In this document: in pieces, positions 36,212 through 64,000 of the stretch
How the letters are laid out: each line of letters begins with the position of its first letter
Position numbering within the stretch: the first letter of the stretch is position 1
Assembly (NCBI GenBank): GCA_950097015.1
Contig: CATNEN010000026.1
Coordinates: 558,001-622,000 of the forward strand
Origin: Macrostomum hystrix
Taxonomy: Eukaryota > Animalia > Platyhelminthes
Direction: 5' to 3'
Length of the DNA stretch: 64,000 nt
Made by a program: the position numbers and the translations under genes
Notes under the pieces: model-generated
Told to the model about the DNA's origin: nothing
What the model saw: the letters and a program-made list of their open reading frames with translations, nothing else
Database searches by the model: none

Positions 36212-37779
36212 ATGGACCTATCCAAGGCAAGCGGCGCTGAAAAGCTGAACATTTGCCGCAAGTACACCATTGGCGGCGCATTCCTTCTGCCATTTCTCTG
36301 GCTAACCAATTTTGCTTGGTTCTTTAAAGAGGCCTTCCTGGCCCCGGCCTATCCTGAGCAGGCCCAGATACGCCGGCTAGTGATCATTAGCGGTGTCGGC
36401 AGCGCTATCTGGACTGTCGCCCTGCTAACTTGGTTCTGCGTCTATCAGGTGGGCTGCTGAGAAAATCTGACTGCGAAGTCCCTGTTTCTTTTTTCCTGCG
36501 AAATTCCCTTTTTCGTTTCCAATAAAATCCCAGTTTCTTAGTTTCCTATAAAATCCCAGTTAGTTTCCTATAAAATTCCCAGTTTCTTAGTTTCCTATAA
36601 AAATCCCAGTTTCTTAGTTTTCAATAAAATCCCAGTTAGTTTCCTATAAAATTTCCAGTTTCTTAGTTTCCTATAAAAATCCCAGTTTCTTAGTTTCCTA
36701 TAAAATCCCAGTTTCTTAGTTTCCAATAAAATTCCCAATTTCTTAGTTTCCTATAAAAATCCCAGTTTCTTAGTTTCCAATAAAATCCCAGTTTCTTAGT
36801 TTCCAATAAAATCCCAGTTTCTTAGTTTTCAATAAAATCCCAATTAGTTTCCTATAAAATCCCAGTTTCTTAGTTTCCGAAAAATCCCAGTTTCATAGTT
36901 TCCTATAAAATTCCAGTTTCTTAGTTTCCAATAAAATCCCTGTTTCTTAGTTTCCAATAGAAATCCCAGTTTCTTAGTTTCCAAAAAATCCCAGTTTCAT
37001 AGTTTCCTATAAAAATCCCAGTTTCTTAGTTTTCAATAAAATCCCAGTTAGTTTCCTATAAAATTCACAGTTTCTTAGTTTCCTATAAAAACCCAGTTTC
37101 TTAGTTTCCTATAAAATCCCAGTTTCTTAGTTTCCTATAAAATTCCAAGTTTCTTAGTTTCCTATAAAAATCCCAGTTTCTTAGTTTCCAATAAAATCCC
37201 AGTTTCTTAGTTTCCAATAAAATCCCAGTTTCTTAGTTTTCAATAAAATCCCAGTTAGTTTCCAATAAAATCCCAGTTTCTTAGTTTCCGAAAAATCCCA
37301 GTTTCATAGTTTCCTATAAAATTCCTGTTTCTTAGTTTCCAATAAAATCCCAGTTTCATAGTTTCCAATAAAATCCCAGTTTCTTAGTTTCCAATAAAAT
37401 CCCAGTTTCCTAGTTTCCAATAAAATCCCAGTTTCTTAGTTTCCAATAAAATTCCCAGTTTCTTAGTTTCCAAAAAATCCCAGTTTCATAGTTTCCTATA
37501 AAAACGCATTTCTGCGTTCTACAAAAAAGACGTATTTTTCTATCAAAATCTCCTTTTTTGTTTGCCTACGAAATCCGTTCTGATCCTTGTCTCCCAAGAA
37601 ATCACAGTCTTTCGGTCCCTAAAAAATCCCAGAAAGTCTTCGAGTTAGATTTGTGAACAGTTTAATGCTTGTCTTGTCTAATATTCAATCATTCAATTTC
37701 ATTGGCGCAGGTGTACCGGCCTACCTGGGGGGAGCTGGGCGATCGCCTGTCATTCAGCCTGCCCAGAGGCACCCTGTGA
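36212..37779 (+). CDS. PSENEN: Gamma-secretase subunit PEN-2
   Basis: Exons 36212-36448 and 37711-37779 give MDLSKASGAEKLNICRKY...FLWLTNFAWFFKEAF...VYRPTWGELGDRLSFSLPRGTL*, colinear with PEN-2. Confidence 0.95.
36520..37500. repeat. ~24-bp minisatellite (AAAATCCCAGTTTCTTAGTTTCCTAT) filling the PEN-2 intron
   Basis: Direct periodicity with small indels. Confidence 0.92.
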
Positions 37780-37886
37780 ACTTGCCGATAAAAAAGCAAA
37801 TCAAGACATTGCATAGTCCATTCTCGTGCATTAAACAAGCAAAACAATCATTATATATTGTATATTCCCGATAAGCGTGCACAGCA

Positions 37887-38411
37887 ATGTCCAACAGCAG
37901 CAGCAGCAGCAGCAACGCCAAGTCCACCTCGCTGAAGACAACAACAAAAGAAGCGAACACCAATGCGAATTCCGACGCCAACAATCCCCTAGCCGACCTG
38001 TTAGACGCCGAGGAGCGCCGCCTGGTCTCCTGCCTGCCTCCGCGGCTGCCACAGCGCGGCTTCGATGTCTACGTTACCAGGCGCACCAATTTCCCGGCCC
38101 AGCTTCAGCGCTGTCGCCGCCTGCTCCGCCAGCCGCCGCATCTGTGCTGGATTCACGGCCTCGGCGCCTCCGTTGCCAGGGCGGCCAATCTAGCCCTACA
38201 ATTGGCTGATGAACTTGCCAAACCCCCGGCTGTGTTCACATCAACAGTCGCCTGCACCGACCGGATGCTGGACGCGTTGAGCCTGCCAGATGACGCCACG
38301 GACAACGACGGGGAAGGAAGACGACAGCGATTGAAATCTGCTCTGCACATCCGTCTGGAGGCTAATCCCAACTCGAAGCCGCCTGCTGCCGCCACCGGAT
38401 CTACCGGCTGA
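37887..38411 (+). CDS. POP7: RNase P/MRP subunit Rpp20 (Alba-like), single exon
   Basis: LPPRLPQRGFDVYVTRRTNFPAQLQRC, IHGLGASVARAANLALQL, TSTV and SALHIRL match Rpp20/POP7 hallmarks. Confidence 0.9.
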   Translation: MSNSSSSSSNAKSTSLKTTTKEANTNANSDANNPLADLLDAEERRLVSCLPPRLPQRGFDVYVTRRTNFPAQLQRCRRLLRQPPHLCWIHGLGASVARAANLALQLADELAKPPAVFTSTVACTDRMLDALSLPDDATDNDGEGRRQRLKSALHIRLEANPNSKPPAAATGSTG

Positions 38412-38696
38412 CGCTAAATCAAGTCCGAGTATTAACCTATTTAACTTCCCTATTCTGTGTATGATTGCATTGAATTAGCTGGGAAAAGGTATAATTAAAT
38501 AATGATTATTTGATTGAATGCATTGACATCGTTTTATTCTAGAATCTTCCTTTTTAACAGTAAAAAGACGTCGCTTTGTTCCCCCCTGGGAAAACAGCAC
38601 GGGCTATTTCAAATACCCCACTGCGTACTTCATGATAGCTCCCAAACCGAATGACCGAGTTTTGTGAAAGCATTTCACATGGCGGTTGGTTGGATA

Positions 38697-39808
38697 CAAG
38701 GGTTGTGTCATAAATTCGCTGACACTGCAGATATCAAAGAAACAAAACTAAGAACAGCTAATTGTCAACATTGCACTTCTCAACATAGTCACCCCCAAGC
38801 TGCACACATTTGTGCCATCTCTCTGGCAGCTTGCTGATGCCCTGCGCGAAGAATTCGGTGGGGGTTCCTCGTACCCACTGGCTGATGGCCGAGCTGAGTG
38901 CAGAAAGGCTTCCATAGCGATGGCCACCAAGAGGCTCTTTCATTTTAGGGAACAAATTTATTTCACAGTAGTACTGGGCATTGATGGTTCTGCCTTCAGG
39001 TAGCCACTCGATCAGCAAGATGCCTTCTCTGTCCCAGAACACGGTGGCCATGCGCTTACCTGCTGACTGCACCGCCTTGGCCTTGACCGGTGGGGGTTCG
39101 TGAGTAGCCTTCCAGACGCTGCTCTGCCGTTTCGTTTCTGGTTCGTAGAAGTGAAACCACGTTTCATCACCAGTCACCAGGCGGCCAAGAAAGTCGGGCT
39201 CGTTTTGATAGGCGTTGAGTAGGTGGCGGACCCTCTCTTGCAGTTGGACAGGAGTCAGCAGTTTAGGGACCCATCGTGCAACAACTCGTGTCATATGCAG
39301 ATGGTCGGAGATGATCCAATTAATGCTCTTCATTGTTATCTCCAACAAGTCCTCTAACTGCCTCAGGGTTGCTCCACGATCATCGTCCAGGGCATGCTGC
39401 ACACGCTGGATGTTGTCACTGGAAGTGGATGATCGCGGTGCACCTGGGCGGGGAGCATCATCAACTGTTTCCCAGCCGTCCTCAAAGCGCTGCACCCACT
39501 TTGCACAGTTTGTTTCGAAGGTGCATCCTCGCTAAAGATTTGCAGCAGCTCACGGTAAATATCAGCCTGCTTCTTCTGCTTCTTCCACAAAGACCAAAAG
39601 ACAGTGCGTTTGGTAGCTTCACTTTTCTCCGTACTGGATAAAAGGGTGGTTTGAATCCCACTCGATTTCTGCTGTGTCTCAAAAGCCAGAGGGAAGATTT
39701 TCCATAGACAATAAGATCGATGGTGCCTTAGTCTGAATAAAAAAATTCTGCCCCAAAGTACAAACGAAACAGACTAAGTTTGTCAGCGAATTTATGACAC
39801 AACCCTCG
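38697..39808 (-). mobile_element. Mariner (irritans-like TIR), internally deleted, defective transposase
   Basis: ~28-bp TIRs CAAGGGTTGTGTCATAAATTCGCTGACA and inverse (1 mismatch); TA TSD at 38695-6 and 39809-10. ORF has WVPKLL, VTGDETW, YEPETK and RMATVFWD, but the HDNA and YSPDL segments are missing and the 5' part is frameshifted. Confidence 0.93.
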
Positions 39809-40540
39809 TATTTTGTGAGATTCAGAAAAAAATGTGGCTATTTGAAATACCCCGTGGTGTTTCTACTGCTATAAGTAAAGCTTTTTCTGTATGGTGTTTC
39901 ATTTTTAACAGTAAATTTGATGATAAGCATCAGTAAATAAACCAGTTATCGGCAATGGTTATATTTAACTCATATATATATATATATAAATATATCTTTC
40001 TGAAAATCTGAAATAATTGTTTCTTTAAATTATCGTCTAATTGAAAGATAAAACGATGTACGAGTTTACTCGTAGTTTACTATTAACAGTGCAATTATAA
40101 TTTATTCCAGAATAAAATGTGAAGGCGCGTTATCCCTGTGATTAAGAATGCTTTCTGACCATGCAGAACTTGAAGCTGATTTGTGGACAATAACTAACTG
40201 TGACATTGAGGTTGGATGTACTTGCAGTACAATATGTTATATCAAGGTATATTGCATCCATTTTTTAGATATGAAGTCGGGATATACGAGCATAAGCCTA
40301 AATAAATATGGCATCATCACTCGTCACATTTATTAAAAAAATAAAATAACCTATTGTTTGCAGACCATCGCACACATTAATTACTTCATATTTGAAAGAC
40401 TAGTTCGGGTGACTTGGCGCTGTGACTAGAAAAACTGGTCACATTTAACTGTGATCTGCCATTCTCTGCGGCAATCATTAAGCATGCGTATTGATTTTAA
40501 ATTATTCTTTATCGTTATCAATTAGTCGAAATCGATTTTG

Positions 40541-61730
<21,190 letters not shown>

Positions 61731-62858
61731 TTTGATCGACCTTGTCTTTCCAAAATTTTACTCTTTTTCTGTTGTCCGGCTTTGTATTTGTGCGAGGATT
61801 TCATGTGCAGCGTCGGGACACCAGCTATAAATGAAGAAGCGATGAAGGATAAGATGCGGAGCTATTGGCCAGACTTGCCTGCTCTGCCCTGCCAGGCCAG
61901 TCTAAACCAATGGTTTGCTTCTGTTCCCAGAATATTTTTTCCTCGGCTAGTGAGAATCTCAATTTCAGCATTGCCGGCTAAGTACCAAGTAAATCCCAGG
62001 CTAGTGCCTGTCGAAATCCATCCACTAATCCGAGCTGTAGAATTTTTCTTTTTTTCAGTTAGCGCTGGTTGAAATAAAAAACATTCAGTGTTTCTAGCAG
62101 TGCTTCCGTTCCTTCCTCAGTTAATTAAAATTTTCTGCCGATTTTTTCTGCCACACTCTACTTGTAAGTAACAATGTGAGGGCGTTAGTGGTCCGACTCT
62201 TGCGCTATAGAGAGACAATTTATGAGGGAACTTACACGATGAGCAAATCTAGAGCAGACGTACACACACCTGTATGAGTCTTACTGCGTTGTACTTCATT
62301 ATATTTTCGCTTATTTATCATGAAGCACAAAAGCCAGCCAATAGTTATCTCGTGAAAACCAGCCTTCAATAAATTTTTCCAAGAAACGAAGTGTCCCGTC
62401 CTTCTTCGTCTAGTGGTCCTTGATAAAATCGCGTTTAAACTTTCGATAAGAATAACATTGGTGCTGTTTGCCATTAATATCGGGCTTCATAGTTGAGAGT
62501 TTACTGTATAATCAGACAGGTTTAACCGGCACATAATAAGGGAGGGATATTAGGATTGTAAAACTAGCCTTTAGGTAGGCACGAAGCCCATGAGAGCCAG
62601 CCTAAGCTGAATGCAGATTTATATTTGAAAGTTTGGCGCCGACACGCACCCCAACACGTTGCACGATGCACATCGAGAATATACGTAGCGTACACAGACG
62701 ATACCTTACAAGATAATAAACGTAGCATCACGAAGACAGGAAAAACTGAAAAATTTCTGGACAGAAAAAATTTATTAGCTCTCATTTCTCATATCTAGGA
62801 TGCTTCAGGTAGCGGAAAACTGAAAACCTCTTTCGTCTCGACCTTGGCGGGGCACTGA

Positions 62859-63003
62859 TAACGTAGAACAAAAAGTTAGGGGTAGCATCTCGTGTTTTCT
62901 ATTAATAGAACTGACGTAACCGATATAACCAAGGGAACTGTTAACGTAGTACAGAAAGTTAGGGGTAGCATCTCGTGTTTTCTATTAATAGAACTGACGT
63001 AAC
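62859..63003. repeat. ~80-bp tandem duplication upstream of the EGF/LamG gene
   Basis: TAACGTAG...AAAGTTAGGGGTAGCATCTCGTGTTTTCTATTAATAGAACTGACGTAAC occurs twice. Confidence 0.85.
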
Positions 63004-64000
63004 TGACTTCATACTAAACACGAATTAGCACCGCGCCTCAGTGCGGCCTTGCCAGGCCTTAAAACTTTATCAGCATGTTACCCATCAGAATGTGCCTGCA
63101 TCATCTCCGTCTTCTGTGGTCACCTAGCTTTATCTAGACGGACTGCTGGACCTTCAAGGGCTACAACAGGTGGAATTAGGCCTCTATGGACACCCTGACG
63201 TGAATTTCTCCAATTTCACTGATCAAGCATAAACATTCGGCGCATCACAACCACAGGACACCATCGCCTAGTCTGTCAACCAATCAGTCACCACCCAACG
63301 CTGTTAGCGTTCGGGCGCTGCCAAACAATTTCAGGTATAAAAACGGGCGGCAAAATGGCTTCGTAGTCCTACTGCAGTTAAAAGGTATAGTGTAGATTAC
63401 ACTTAGCTGCAAAACTGTCGAAGCTAAGAGACTAGACTAGCAACTCACCTTACTGTTAAAAATTTGAAAATTCGAAATTCCGAGCGGAAAGAAGTCTTTG
63501 CACAGTACATAAAATGACAATTTCTTATCAGATAAAAGACGCAATGACGAATGGTCTTCTAAATCGCCAGCAAAAAATGTGTGAACTTGTTACGGCGGCA
63601 CGTGTAGGTGTGTCCTTCACCGAATGCTCACAAAGCCGTCGTGCTTTTGAAAACTTAGCTCCCATCGCTTATCTTATCGCGCGAATTTTAGCACATTGGA
63701 GTCCGCCTCCAACAGCACTGCTATCTTACCTTTCAAAGCGAAACAGTTTTTGTCCATTGTTTAAATCGTTACACAAAACTACGAGTAATATTTCAATTTT
63801 GCCTACCAACGCAAGCAAGCAGATGCCGAATGGACAAATGGTTGTCGTTAGTTACGCAAATTGTAAGGGGTATAACAGCCCACGCCCCTTGGCAAGCCCT
63901 CACTAACGCTGTTCGTCAACTCAACCAATGAAAAAGCATTATCGATTCGCCTAAAATTCTGCTTGTGCGTAATAAGCTCTCGCAGTAAATACTCGTATAG

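Noticed and set aside
63330-63365. TATAAAA followed by AAAATGGC (promoter-like)
   Set aside because: No downstream gene can be supported within the window.

Overview
Eukaryotic (animal) genomic DNA with GC-rich exons and AT-rich introns packed with minisatellites. The style suggests a flatworm such as Macrostomum, but this is inference only. I hand-spliced seven protein-coding genes with phase-consistent GT-AG junctions: (1) the 3' part of a MARK/PAR-1 kinase (+); (2) a neurotactin-like, catalytically dead cholinesterase-fold type II membrane protein (-); (3) lysyl-tRNA synthetase (+), whose first exon has two in-frame ATGs separated by a mitochondrial-presequence-like peptide; (4-6) a tight same-strand RPL13A - PEN-2 - POP7/RPP20 cluster that looks like an operon; (7) a 13-exon secreted EGF/laminin-G protein of the pikachurin/SP2353/EYS family (-). 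Mobile DNA comprises a non-autonomous Helitron inserted exactly into a satellite unit, two 8-bp-TSD MITEs sharing CCATAGTC ends (one nested in a third TIR element), an internally deleted mariner and a decayed LINE fragment. There is also a 119-nt tRNA-like element with extra arms. Most long ORFs in the supplied track are artefacts of tandem repeats. No CRISPR array or rRNA was seen.
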